Assembly: GCA_030141605.1 (NCBI GenBank)
Contig: JAQGDQ010000865.1
Coordinates: 1-64,000, forward strand
DNA length: 64,000 bases
Direction of reading: 5' to 3'
Source of the DNA: Tubiluchus corallicola
Taxonomy: Eukaryota > Animalia > Priapulida
Part shown: piece after piece, positions 1 through 13,600 of the stretch
How the letters are laid out: each line of letters starts with the position of its first letter
How positions within the stretch are numbered: the first letter of the stretch is position 1
Program-made: the position numbers and the translations under genes
Notes under the pieces: generated by a model
What the model was told of the DNA's origin: nothing
The model's database searches: none
Seen by the model: the letters and a program-made list of their open reading frames with translations, nothing else

Positions 1-606
1 GAGGTTGTGACAAAAATATACCTGCCATAATATCTGGTAAAATGTATGCAAGATAATCCTGTGTAGTCGCTTATATATATATATATAGTTAGATAGGGCT
101 ATATATATATATATTTACACAACAGTATATATAATATATATATTGTTGTATATGGGCCACATATGTATATTAAGCCCATACCACCGAAATTAATATAATG
201 CGACTAAGAAATATAAGTATTTTTAATAATATAATATAACTTACACTTGTGACGCCCAGCAAAAGATGGTCTATCCGCTATAAAAACTTTTGCTAGAAGA
301 TTTTTTTGAAATTTAGGAAAACATGACTATAAAAACCGGTTGTTGAGATTGACTAGGTCCCGGAGAATTCTCAACAGTTTGAGCTACAGAAAGTGCGAGC
401 AACAAGGTTATAAACTTCTCTACGTTTCTGCGTGCGCAACAACATGAAATCTGAAATGCTTCTGTTTACACTCTAAGTTTTCTTATTTGATTTTAGAAAT
501 AACTAATTATTAAGCAAATGCAATTTAGAAGTTGAATAGAAATTTCTTGCAGGTAAACCGAAGCCAAACCTCGTTAAGCCTTTCCTTTGATAGTGATTTT
601 CATTAA

Positions 607-951
607 CCCTTTCAGTCCCAAATTATTTTTTTAATAAGAAAAACTTTTTTAAAAACACAACAAAAGCAAAAAATGTGCTTCATTTTGCAACTGCTGATAA
701 TTTTTTAAAGTATTTAAGACATTTAGTATGCAGGCTATGCTGATCTGTACAAAGTCGTCTCTAAAGTACTGTGCCTTGCGCAGTTTTTTATGCTATGTAG
801 ATTTTCTAGTTTGCCATTTTATCACTATTTTTAGTCCATTGTGATTGGCTTAAATCAAAATAACTATTAACAGATCAAGTTTTAAAATTTTATTAATTTT
901 AAAGGCAGAAAATATTCTCGTATCCCACGGGATACAACGGGTATGAAAGGG
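607..951. mobile_element. Non-autonomous piggyBac-like MITE, copy 1 (internally deleted, opposite orientation to copies 2 and 3)
   Basis: TTAA|CCCTTTCA...TGAAAGGG|TTAA; near-identical to 21664-22124 and 37748-38203. Confidence 0.88.
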
Positions 952-1827
952 TTAAAGGGCGGGCGTATAGAATTTCGTCGATAAACAAGACACACAGGCA
1001 TCAACGTCTATCGCTTCTTTGTGAATTTTGCAACGAATATTTCCGTGTAGCTCGTTCAGTACAATGCGTGACTAATAACAGTAGAATATGGAATATGGCA
1101 GAATCTTTCTGATGTGTTTAATTGACCAAGTTAAATAACTTAATCAAGTTATTTTAATTTTACATACTATTAGCAAATAATAGTCTTTCTATATTTTATA
1201 TCATCCCATATATGAGTTTCATTCACTACATCATTCCATTTTAAGCACTAATGTTTTTTATCACAATTCATTTTAAAATTTCAGATTATCTCCATTATTT
1301 TTTTCTCTATCACTGTGTGGGACAATCTAACAAGCCCTGCTTTTTGATTGCCCTCAACACATTTACCTTCGTATATAAGTGAACAGTGTTTGAGGTTTTT
1401 CCTGTGCAGTATTTCTTATTTGTATTATATCCATTGTAGGCCCTTTCACTAGATATTGTACATGAAACCATTGTAAATGTGTGAGGTGAAATAAATGACT
1501 TATGACTTATGACTTAAGACCAATGTTTTTGCCACTGATTTTATAGGGATGTAATGGTTCCAGTTCTGGATTCCGAGATCCGGTAATTTTAGGGGATCTG
1601 GGTCTGATCTGTTTCCACCAGCAATATTCTTTGTAATTTTGCAATGCTTTTTACAATGTTTCTGTTTTCCTGTGTGTAAAACTACTGATTGTGAAAAAAT
1701 TAAAGCTCGTAAGAAAAATGTACATAACAGTCTAAGTACACCTCAATAGCAAGTCCTATTTTTTTAAAGAAGATGAAGGATTTCTGTAGGTATCTTCAGA
1801 AATTTACAAAAGTATTGCTTAATTTTT

Positions 1828-2145
1828 CTTCTTCTTCTTCTTCTTCTTCTTCAATGAATCAAACGTCCAGAGACATGATTCTGCTCACCTCTGTATGCCA
1901 GGACTCCCTACAAGCTGCAATGCCCCAAGTGGATTTATTTCTAAGGATCAATGCTGAAGTGTTTAAATCTTTCTGTGCGAAATCTAAGTATGTTAACATT
2001 TGTCCTCCTGCAGGTTTTTTAGCTGGTTCTAAGGCTTGTTGAAGAGCTATCTTCACTGGAACATCATCCTGTAGTCTAAGCATATGCCCTTGTAGCGCAA
2101 ACAATGCCAGCAATCTTCACGTTGTGTTCGTTGCAAGTCGTGGTT
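1828..2145 (-). mobile_element. Non-LTR retrotransposon (RTE-like) 3' fragment
   Basis: ORF GHMLRL...KKPAGG...KDL...RESW resembles the post-RT C-terminus; ends in a (GAA)n tail at 1828-1851. Confidence 0.65.
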
Positions 2146-2194
2146 TATTCCATTGCGGTTTATTTCACAACAATCGGTACCCATCAGTAACGGG

Positions 2195-2300
2195 TTGCTG
2201 ACATGCTTAGCTGGCAGAGATGTGGAAGGCATAATCCAGGGGTCTCGAGTTCAAGTCCCGGTTGGTTAATTCGTTTCTTTAACTCTTTACCCGCAATGTT
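2195..2300 (+). mobile_element. tRNA-like SINE head or tRNA pseudogene fragment
   Basis: gcttagctggcagag (A box) ... gagttcaagtccc (B box); no intact acceptor stem. Confidence 0.5.
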
Positions 2301-2539
2301 AAGTAACTGTTGTGAAATAAACTGCAATTGTTCATGAACACTTCGACATATCCAGTTATAAACTGTTTAATTTTTTTTCGCAAATTTCTGTAGTTTTGAC
2401 AATACCTCTAACATTTCACATGCATGGACATGAATGGATGAATGAAAACATTACCTGCAATCTTATTGGTAGACTTCTGCGCAGTCGCAAATACAGCAAC
2501 AATGCCAATATAGTCAAGAGAAGGAATACAATATTTTCT

Positions 2540-3240
2540 AACTAACTGACTGTCTAATAGCCTGTCTGACTGACTAGCTGCCTAACTTATTTATTTATTG
2601 GATGCCTGATGCACTGATGGGTTAACGTTCAACTATTTTATAAACTGTTGACAAGCTAAAAAACTGACTGGCTGACTAACTGACTAATTGTCTAAATTAC
2701 TGATTTATTGAATGCCTGATGCACTGATGGGTTAACTTTCAACTATTTTATAAACTGTTGACAAACTAGGGAACTGACTGGCTGACTGACTGACTGACTA
2801 ATTGTATAACTTACTGATTTATTGAACGCCTGATGCACTGATGAGTTAACTTTCAACTATTTTATAAGCTGTTGACAAACTAAGTAACTGACTGGCTGAC
2901 TGACTGACTAATTGTATAACTTACTGATTTATTGGATGCCCGATGCACTGATGGCTTGACGTTCAACTATTTTATAAACTGTTGACAAACTAAGGAACTG
3001 ACTGGCTGACTGACTGACTAATTGTATAACTTACTGATTTATTGGATGCCCGATGCACTGATGGCTTGACGTTCAACTGCTTTATAAACTGTTGACAGAC
3101 AGAGAAACTAACTGGCTGACTGACTGACTAGCTGCCTAACTTACTGATTTATTGGATGCCCGATGCACTGATGGGTTAATGTTCAACTGCTTTACAAACT
3201 GTTGACAAACTAGGAAACTGACTGGTTGGCTGACTGACAA
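2540..3240. repeat. ~110-bp tandem repeat, ~6 copies, inside an inverted-repeat element
   Basis: gatgcactgatg recurs every ~110 bp; inverted arms at ~2445-2505 and ~3273-3335. Confidence 0.85.
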
Positions 3241-3711
3241 TATGACTGACTATTTCGTCATTCATCGAGCCAGCTTTGTTGCTGTATTTGCACCCGCGTA
3301 GAAATACTCCAACAAGATTGCAAGCAATGTTTTCACCCATGTCAATTTTTATATTAGAAAGTTTATTGAAATTATATTGAAAATTTATTAAAAAGTCTTG
3401 TAACCCGAAAGTTAAATTACATTACATTAATTAAGATACACTGAGGTTTAAAATTACAATTAAGTTACGTTATATTAAAACGACTTTATCTAACATTAAT
3501 TAAAATAGACTGAACTTTAAATTACATATAAAGGACAATAAAATCTATTATTATAATATCGTGCCACAGTGTATAGTGTGAAAACATTTTTAAACCATAT
3601 AATTTTGTAGAAATTGCAGCACAATTCCGTTTCTGACTAATCGATAGATTGGTTAATTAGCTAACTGATTAATAGACATTCAGTTAATAACTGATTATTG
3701 ATTACCAGTTT

Positions 3712-3856
3712 GCATACATAAATACATACACATACATACATACATACATACATACATACATACATACATACATACATACATACATACATACATACATACA
3801 TACATACATACATACATACATACATACATACATACATACATACATACATACATACA

Positions 3857-3887
<31 letters not shown>

Positions 3888-3892
3888 CGTAC

Positions 3893-3931
<39 letters not shown>
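3712..3931. repeat. (TACA)n/(TA)n microsatellite
   Basis: Direct inspection. Confidence 0.95.
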
Positions 3932-3932
<1 letters not shown>

Positions 3933-4330
3933 TCACAAATATAGATACCTACATATATATTTATATTTTATTGGGTAATTTCAATTGCAATTCACACAAC
4001 ACGAACACAGTGTACAAAGATTTAAATACATTCATATATAACAGTATAAAAAATATATACTACGTTAATAAGAATACAGCGATACACTAAGCTAAATTCA
4101 ATAATTTAAACTAAAGACAGAACATCAAACTTTGTATCACGTATAAACCAAATGGTATAACATTAATGTAAATAAACACAAATTTAAGATAATTGCGTAG
4201 ACATAATAGTATTTAATTTACATAAGTGACGTTAGTTATATATATAATTCGTTATATAGTACATACATAAATGTACTTCTATATAATAATCTTTCTTGCT
4301 CCAAGTCCTGATTAAAATCTTTACTTTCAG

Positions 4331-4545
4331 GTGATATCATCGCATTCCGCAATAACCGAGTCCTACACGGTCGAGCAGCCTATCCATCAGACGTTCAACA
4401 AGCACGCCATCTACAAGGTTGTTACTTCTGTCGTGACGTCATTCGTTCGCGCTTGCGCGTTTTGCAGGATGAACAGCCAGAGACGCCTAAAGCGGCTCAT
4501 AATTTTGGAAAATATATTTTCTGGGAAATGTTTTCTTTGAAGTAA
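4331..4545 (+). CDS. Isolated 3' exon of a gamma-butyrobetaine dioxygenase-like (BBOX1/TMLHE, TauD/TfdA 2OG-Fe(II) oxygenase) gene; may be a gene fragment or pseudo-exon
   Basis: Acceptor ttactttcag|GT GAT. Phase-1 reading gives GDIIAFRNNRVLHGRAAYPSDVQQARHLQGCYFCRDVIRSRLRVLQ, matching the recalled BBOX1 C-terminus (GDVITFDNWRLLHGR...RHLEGAY..WDVVMSRLRIL). TAA at 4543-4545. No other exon of this gene found in the window. Confidence 0.75.
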
Positions 4546-4836
4546 ATTTTTCTGGCCAGTAATTTTCCTGTAAAAGTTTTTCCCGGGAAAAAGCTTTCCT
4601 GGAAAGGTGTCTACCCTTTGCACCCCGACCAAACCTGAACAGTCTGATCTTCCTCTTAGGGTATAAAGTTTGATGTTCTGTCTTTAGTTTAAATTATTAA
4701 TTTAACTTAATTAATATCGCCCATACCCTTTATTAACGTAGTATATATTTTTTATGCCGTTGTATATAGATAATATTTAAATATACAATACCCACTATTA
4801 CATTATTAATATTAATTACAATACAATAAATATAAA

Positions 4837-5081
4837 TATGTATGTATGTATGTATGTATGTATATATATATGTATGTATGTATTATGTATGTAATATATG
4901 TAATGTATGTATGTATGTAATGTATGTATGTATGTATGTAATATATGTAATGTATGTATGTATGTAATGTATGTATGTAATGTATGTAATGTATGTATGT
5001 ATGTAATGTATGTATGTAATGTATGTAATGTATGTATGTATGTAATGTATGTATGTAATGTATGTAATGTATGTATGTATG
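4837..5081. repeat. (TATG)n microsatellite running into the gap
   Basis: Direct inspection. Confidence 0.95.
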
Positions 5082-5980
5082 NNNNNNNNNNNNNNNNNNN
5101 NNNNNNNNNNNNNNNNNNNNNNNNNNNNNNNNNNNNNNNNNNNNNNNNNNNNNNNNNNNNNNNNNNNNNNNNNNNNNNNNNNNNNNNNNNNNNNNNNNNN
5201 NNNNNNNNNNNNNNNNNNNNNNNNNNNNNNNNNNNNNNNNNNNNNNNNNNNNNNNNNNNNNNNNNNNNNNNNNNNNNNNNNNNNNNNNNNNNNNNNNNNN
5301 NNNNNNNNNNNNNNNNNNNNNNNNNNNNNNNNNNNNNNNNNNNNNNNNNNNNNNNNNNNNNNNNNNNNNNNNNNNNNNNNNNNNNNNNNNNNNNNNNNNN
5401 NNNNNNNNNNNNNNNNNNNNNNNNNNNNNNNNNNNNNNNNNNNNNNNNNNNNNNNNNNNNNNNNNNNNNNNNNNNNNNNNNNNNNNNNNNNNNNNNNNNN
5501 NNNNNNNNNNNNNNNNNNNNNNNNNNNNNNNNNNNNNNNNNNNNNNNNNNNNNNNNNNNNNNNNNNNNNNNNNNNNNNNNNNNNNNNNNNNNNNNNNNNN
5601 NNNNNNNNNNNNNNNNNNNNNNNNNNNNNNNNNNNNNNNNNNNNNNNNNNNNNNNNNNNNNNNNNNNNNNNNNNNNNNNNNNNNNNNNNNNNNNNNNNNN
5701 NNNNNNNNNNNNNNNNNNNNNNNNNNNNNNNNNNNNNNNNNNNNNNNNNNNNNNNNNNNNNNNNNNNNNNNNNNNNNNNNNNNNNNNNNNNNNNNNNNNN
5801 NNNNNNNNNNNNNNNNNNNNNNNNNNNNNNNNNNNNNNNNNNNNNNNNNNNNNNNNNNNNNNNNNNNNNNNNNNNNNNNNNNNNNNNNNNNNNNNNNNNN
5901 NNNNNNNNNNNNNNNNNNNNNNNNNNNNNNNNNNNNNNNNNNNNNNNNNNNNNNNNNNNNNNNNNNNNNNNNNNNNNNNN
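5082..5980. other. Assembly gap (N run)
   Basis: Run of N. Confidence 1.
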
Positions 5981-6983
5981 CTTGGCAAATTATTGCAAAC
6001 ACTCCGAAAGTCGTTGTGAGTTGGTTGCCTACAAGTTACTGTCTAGTGTGAACGCGTCGATTAGTTACTTAGCAAGTTTTTCGCAGCGAGTAGAGAATTC
6101 AGGGTCAACTCGTGCTTACTGTTGGAGAGTAGATCACATATGTTTTATTCTCCAGTCTGATCATGCTTGCGAGTTATATCTTACAAAAATTAAAAATTAA
6201 TTTTTGACGAAAAAAATTGAAAAAAGCTTTTCAGTAACTGCAGTGTTTGCACTGTAAGAAAGTGCAGTATCAGTTGTGTGAAATCAGCTAATGCAGAAAA
6301 TTTCAGTTATCCAGACACAACACTCTGATATGCTTTTGCTTCAAGTTTACTCTATTTTTAAGCAGAAATTCCTGTTAAAAGGTGAAACGGTCTTAATTTG
6401 TTCTTTGCTGATCGGTTGTTTTTTCCTGGAACGTTGTACAGCAAACAGCTCTCTTGAGCTTTAGCAAGCAGGCACTCAGTAAATTAGTGTGTACGATCAC
6501 GCAAGTGTACACCAGACTAAACTACTCGATAGGCTGAGTTCGGGTGACAGAAGAGGGCATGTTTTTCTTAATTTATCCAATTAACTCATTTATAAATGTT
6601 TAAACAAATAGCATTATTGGATAGTGCACATTCTCTTGAATAGAAAAGTAACTAATTTGTAATCATTTAGTTATGTCTGTCCTGATACAGTAGTAGGAAA
6701 ATTGTAGGTCTTGTAAGATCTATTTTGAATAGTGCGGTCCTGATGGAATTAAAGGAAAAATCAAGTTTTGCGCAAAACTGGGTTTGTTTTCATTCTTGAA
6801 GAAAAAATGTTAGAAGGTTTGAGCAACAGTAGTCATGTAGTCATGAAGTTTGCAGCTTATGTCATAATTTTACGTCAATTTGAAACCTGATTGGTTATGT
6901 GCAAGGTGACGGTGATTATAAATTTCTGTTGCATTTTTAAATGAGACCTTCTGTATGTTTTGTGTTGATTTCAAAATTTTTAA

Positions 6984-7385
6984 TGTATTGGACTGCTGTC
7001 CGCTTTTAACGGAGGCAGGACGGATGGCACCGCGGCCCACACCGTGCGGCATGTCTCAATTAAGTCCTTCAACACCAAACCAAAACAAAACCCGAATAAT
7101 AGAGTCGAAATGACAGTTTATTACTACATATCACACCCCCAACAAGGAGCAGCTTACCTAGAAGAACGGAGTTTGCGGCAAAGCCTGTGAAATGTGAACA
7201 GAGCTGCAATGAAAGACACGACCACTGACGAGGGTCTACAGCAGACCTTCCCTTTTTATAAGCTCAGGTGTGCACGTGACTAGTGGCTTTTCCTAACACA
7301 AGGTCAGAATACGAGTCTGTGCTAGATAAAGCCACGTTCACACGCACACCTGAGAAGTCTATGGTATTCCCCTGCCAGTATTACA
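6984..7385 (-). mobile_element. Probable solo LTR
   Basis: TGTA...TACA termini; reverse-strand TATAAAA (~7260) upstream of AATAAA (~7123); flanks tttaa/tttca. Confidence 0.5.
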
Positions 7386-7489
7386 TTTCATTTCAGCACA
7401 GCCCTGTAGTACACTATGTTAAAATGCACTGACTGTTGTACGAACCTTGACTTTTCATTTAACGTTTACTTTTTTGTTGTTGTTTTTAG

Positions 7490-7637
7490 TTTGACGCCGC
7501 GCGACTTTAACTCTTACGGCTCTCGACGCGGTAACGACGCCGTGATGATGCGTGGAACATTCGCTAACATCCGCCTGGTGAATAAGTTCATGGACAAGGC
7601 GGGACCGAGGACCATACACATACCCACCGGTGAAGAG
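7490..7637 (+). CDS. ACO1: ACO1/IRP1 internal exon
   Basis: ttttag|T TTG ACG...GAA GAG|gtgagc; encodes [11 protein letters not shown] and RGTFANIRL. Confidence 0.95.
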
Positions 7638-10600
7638 GTGAGCGAATACATTTCATTTTTTGTTGTTCTGTTTTTATTTTTTGATTCAATTAAATTCAGT
7701 TTCTTTTATTTGCTTCTTTCTTGTGAGTAATACAGTGTTCTCTCGCTACTTCGCGGACTTGCTGTTTATCGCGGACTCGCTGTTTCGCGGTTTTTCAAAA
7801 ATATTAATGTAAAATATTTATCGCGGTATTTTTGCTGTTTCGCGGGTTTTTGCGACTAAAGTATTTTTCGTGGCTAAAGTATTTTTGCACATGCGTAGTA
7901 CGTATTGTACAGTAATGTATAGATTTCATGAATTTTGCATAAAAAAAACACAAAATGTGTAAAAATATGTTAAAAATATTAAATCTAGCATTAAAAGAAT
8001 ATTATAAATTATAAGAAATTACCATTTACAGTAAATAGTGTATTTATTCGGCAGATGAAATGTAGTACTTGCGTCCGCTTGAGATGCTACTTGCCAACGT
8101 GAGATTGTACACAATTATGAACATTTAACTAAAGTTTTTTAAAAGATACATGTACATTATGGGAAAAGTTATTAAGGGAATGGGAAAGGGTTATGTATAA
8201 GAGTGTGGGGAGGGTTTATAAAGACTTAATGTATAACTACTAAAATAAGTATAGCGTGGCGGGTGGGCCTGGAACGGAACAGTGAGGGAACACTGTATTA
8301 ACATATGTACACTATATAAGCTGTTTCAATATATAGTTTAATAATCAATTAATAACTAATTAGAGGATCCAAAGGGTTGTGACTTGAATGTGTAAATTTT
8401 TGTAATTAACTAATTAAAACTAATTAATTAATAATAATTAATAACTAATAATAACTAATTAGAAATAAACGAGGGTTGTGCTACAATACATGCTCCACTC
8501 TCTCTCTTTTTTGCACTGTGATTTTTTTTAACTTTTTTATGTTTTTTTTGTTGGTTTTTCTGTGTTTAATGATTGTGTCACTTTTCGAAATTCCAGAGTT
8601 TATAAGTTTATTTATTTCCACTCTGCATCTAACAGTTATAATAAAAATACAGATAATTTCACAGAAGTAAATATAAATATAAATGCAATATTATCCAGAA
8701 ATTACAAAAGAGATTCTTATGCAGCATATACATGTGCAAATTACATTACAGAATAATTTTGATGCATACAGTTTGAGCCTAAAAGCGTAGCTTGACAGGC
8801 CAAACTGTACGTGGAAATCTTAAATCTTAAAGAAGAGCTTAATAATTGCAATAATGATAATATATACATAAAAGTGGGGGAGGGAGTAGTGAATGAAAGA
8901 TGAAATGGAGCAAGAACTGAGAAAAACTGTGATCATGATTATAAAGTGTTCAGTAACCTGTTGAGCATAGTCACGTTTTATTAAGATTACTGTGGAAAAA
9001 GAATGCAGGTGATTACCATTATCAAACTGTGTTACTCTCAATACTTTTGAAATATTTCTTATTTAAAAGTTGAAAGGGAGTGACTACATTTTGAATTGTG
9101 GCTTAATCTATTCCATAGGATTGGTCCCATATAGCTAATGAAGTGTTTCTCCATATTTGTTCTATAACGTCTTGGTATATATTCATTATGTCTGGTATTG
9201 TATCTTTTTACATTTATCTTGACTTGATGTAAAAAGAAAACATCTTCCTGCTTCTTTGCTCGCGCTTTTACTTTTTCTGCCAATAAGTTGTTTCAAAAGA
9301 TGTGTCAAAAAGTCGTGCCTTTTTTCCAAAATAGATTTACTAATTATTTTATTTTTTATTTTTATATGTTTATGTATAAGTCATCGCAATTTTTTTACTT
9401 TTTATCATTGCAATGTGTACATTACATGAAAACAGTGAAAGAACTGAGTTTTAAGTGTCTGAACTATCACTACTGGTTTGTGATGCATCTCAGAATTAAA
9501 ATTTCATTCGCCAAGACCATACCCAAACTCCAAACTTAGTATTAGCTAAATCTTGTGAGTTGTTTTTTCCCTTTAGTTCACTTGAAAACGTTGGAAAACT
9601 TGCAAAATTAGTAGGAGGAAATTTGACAAATTTTTATCAATTATTTTCGATTTCTGCCACAAGGTGGCACTGTTAGCGTGGGTTAGATATATTTTTGTGC
9701 AAGTTTTTAATTGATTTGTACTTTTTCAACTCGTGCAGTGCTACGATTCACTTCATTCTCTTGTGTTTTGCAATTGTGAAGCAGCTAGCAAGAAACGAAA
9801 ACTGTGTTTTGTGTCCGTTAAGCTTGCGTTGTACATGAGCTGCTAACACGCTACAAGCAAAATCAGCTCATTTGCTCACCGATGCGTAGCACACTACAAG
9901 CAGTTGTCGGGCCCGCTCCTTTATAAGCTGTCCGATGAGTTTCATCGCTAACTCTGGTTTCTCTGCAGAACGCATAAATCTTTCGCCTTTTACTAAAGAT
10001 TTCCGTGCAGAGGAACAAATTAATGAGTCTTTAATAATTTCTCTACGCCTTGCTCATCAGCAAGGTAATAATAATGAAAATTATTTTATTTTTCCTTTTT
10101 ATTATATTTTTGCGGTTACAGCTTAATGTTAATATTTATGTGTAACGTATGTGACATGGGTGTGCAAATGATCTGACTAGCCAGGCCACATTAAACTTTC
10201 CTGCGGGCCACAGGCAGTTTGTTCAAGGAACCAAGTACAGAAAGGCCTAATAAGGATTTTTTGCATTCGACCTGCGTAAATCATCACTACTACACTCAAG
10301 AAACTATTTTAGAAGTTATTTAAATTTATATTACAAACCATGTATTTTACTTTCAGGACAGATAGTGGGAATTTCATTACAATGCATATTAGTAATGTGT
10401 ATGACACAGTCTGTGTAGTACAGTGACATTAAGCTACAACCGTCTTGTAAGGGTTAATGGTATCCGATCTAGTAGAAAAAACTACCTGCACTATCTTTGG
10501 GATCGTGGCACGGACTTCAGCTGAATACACTCAATTAATTGCCCGGGCCGCACTTTCGCTAGGTTAACAAATCTCTTCGCGGGCCGCACAAATTCTCTCG

Positions 10601-13600
10601 GCGGGCTGCAAGTGGCCCGCGGGCCGCAATTTGCACACCCCTGGTCTATGACATGTTGTGACGTTCTTTATGCGTCTCTTCTTTCTGAATGTTTTCGCTT
10701 TTTCAATTTAGTGCGTTTTGCTAGCTATAATTTTGGTTGCGTTTTTGTTCACAAATTAAACTGGCAAAATGCAAAGGCATTAACGGGTAAACGTTTGCAG
10801 ATCTAACACACCACAAGCAATACTGAAAGGAAACGTTTGCTCACTTAAGACACCATAAATAGTTGTTGTTTTGAGAAGTAGCGAAAGAAATGTGTATTGC
10901 TTTGTACGACAACATCTCGTATCGGAAAGTAGCGAAAAATTCCAATTTTTAACATCATTATTAGCTATAGACTTTATTTTAATCAATCAATCAATCAATT
11001 TATTTCACTCCAGCAATGCATATACAATACATCAACATACAATATATTGAAACAAAAAGAAACAGTATAGGTAAAAAAAACGTTGATGAAGTCAAATTAA
11101 CCAAATAAAAGAGTTGCTGTATGACACCTTGAAAGCTTGGCTTGTTAGGGTGGCACAAATGAGTGAATGAAAAAATGGTTAGGGTTAGTAGACATGATGG
11201 AATGGAAAAAATAGTAAGATTAGGGATAGGAAGAAGGAAGGGAGGGAAGGATGAGTGAATGAAAGAACGGTTAGGGTTAGTAGACATGATGGAATGAAAA
11301 AATAGTATGATTAGAGATAGGAAGAAGGAAGGGAGGGGAGGATGAGTGAATGAACGAATAGTTAGGGTTAGTAGACATGATGGAATGGAAAAATAGTAAG
11401 ATTGGGGATAGGAAGAAGGAAGGGAGGAAAGGATGAGTGAATGAAAGAATGGTTAGGGTTAGTAGACATGATGGAATGGAAAAAATAGTAAGATTAGAGA
11501 TAGGAAGAAGGAAGGGAGGGGAGGATGAGTGAATGAAAGAATGGTTAGGGTTAGTAGACATGATGCAATTGAAAAAATAGTAAGATTAATAATAGGAAGA
11601 AGGAAGGGAGGGAAGGATGAGTGAATGAAAGAATAGTTAGGGTTAGTAGACATGATGGAATGGAAAAATAGTAAGATTAGGGATAGGAAGAAGGAAGGGA
11701 GGAGAGGATGAGTGAATGAAAGAATAGTTAGGGTTAGTAGACATGATGGAATGGAAAAATAGTAAGATTAGGGATAGGAAGAAGGAAGGGAGGAGAGGAT
11801 GAGTGAATGAAAGAATGGTTAGGGTTAATGACAACCGGGTTATACCATAGGCTAGTGGTAAAAATGACTTGCGTGAAAGAATTATTACCACACAAACGCA
11901 ATTTCACGCTCGCGCCACTAGTTTTTCGCTGTTACATGCATTTCGCCATTTGCTAGTTAGACTAGCACTAACGTATGTATTTTGAAAAGGCATTACACAA
12001 AAACAGGTGCTGTACCTCTCAGTTCAGATGTGTTAGTTTCTGGCAAACTGCACATGTTCAACAGCTCATGCATGAGCAAAGCGTTAAATTTGAAATTTCA
12101 ATCACCTTAAAACTTGCGTAGTTCTAGTACAGCTCACTAGTAGCACTGAACGTCAATTTTTGCTTTCAGGAACACGTGCAACACGCTCGTGAAATGTTTT
12201 TGCTGTTGAAAATTATGTTAGTTTGTGATGTCCTCAATACTTGGGCTCGCCCGCCATTAATTAAGATTATTTAGTTATCAGAAATGCTTTTGCAGTACTA
12301 ATTGTGTTAAAATGTATGCTTTTTATCGGACTTGAAAATGGGGTAGTATATGAAAAATCATTCGGTCTTCCTCTTAGTTTACTTATATCAGTCAATAAAA
12401 AAAATTGCTATTTTTGTGGAAATGTAAAGCAAATTCACTTAATCTTACAGATTATTTGGCAAAATCAGGTAATTCAACATTTGCTAATGATTTTTTTTTA
12501 TCGCTCTTAGATTTGCTTTAAATTCAAGAAAACAATGACTGGAAATTATAAGACGTCATTATCCAATATGGCAGCGATAATTTGGAAAAAACGGTCACAG
12601 CATATAATAACGAGAGCACATAAACTATTTGTGGTGTGTTGCATCAGACATGTTACACCACGTAACGATAATACAGCTGAACAACTGACCAAGACAACCA
12701 ATGTATTGAAAGGAGAGCTAAACGATTATCTTAATTTTTTAATTATTAAAGATTATTTAATTATCAGAAACGCTTTTGCAGTACTAACTGTGTTAAAATG
12801 TGTACTTTTTATCAGACTTGAAAATGGGATAGTACATGAAAAATCATCCTGTCTTTCTTTAATTCAATTCAATTCAATTTTAATTTATTTATCTCTTTAT
12901 AATGCTACAATAAAACATGATTAATAAAAGAATCTCTAATAAGTTTTGGAGAATCGTTAAAATGTATAGATAGATCTAGAACTAGAGAAAGGATAGCGAA
13001 AAGACTATAAAGTCACCTAGTCTGATATCCTTTACCGAATATAGATAAAATGATCTTTAGACACTGGTGGGCATTAATGTTATCAGCTTAATTTAGGAAA
13101 CGTTAGTAATTTTAAAACTATGACATTTGCTATATAATTAAGTAATCCAGAGAAAAGAATATACATGTAGTTTAATTAGCGGGCAACAAAATAAGGTCAA
13201 TGTTGATTAAACTAAAAATTGCATTTAGATTTTATGTGAAATACAGGTGAAAATTGTTATGAAATGATAAAAACACTTTGGGTTAATAATGCTATTAATC
13301 AACAACAGGAGTTAAATACATTTTGATTTGAGTTCAACTTCATTATTTCTAGCGAATTGATTAAGAACAAATCTACTGACTTGGACAATAATACTAAATA
13401 ATATAATTCTCAATTATAATTAAAACCGATGATTATAAATTTTGCAAAGTTTGTGAACCTAGAAATTATAGAAAAAGCCAATGAATTGCCTGCTTGTCTT
13501 GCCATATAACCATTTTTGGATGAAAAATATTAAAAGAAATTTCACAGTAAAAAAAGTTGGTTTTCATCACGTTTCTTTCTTTCATTAGCAGGTTTTTCGC

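Noticed and set aside
4812-6200. ORFs spanning the N run
   Set aside because: Artefacts of the gap plus microsatellite.
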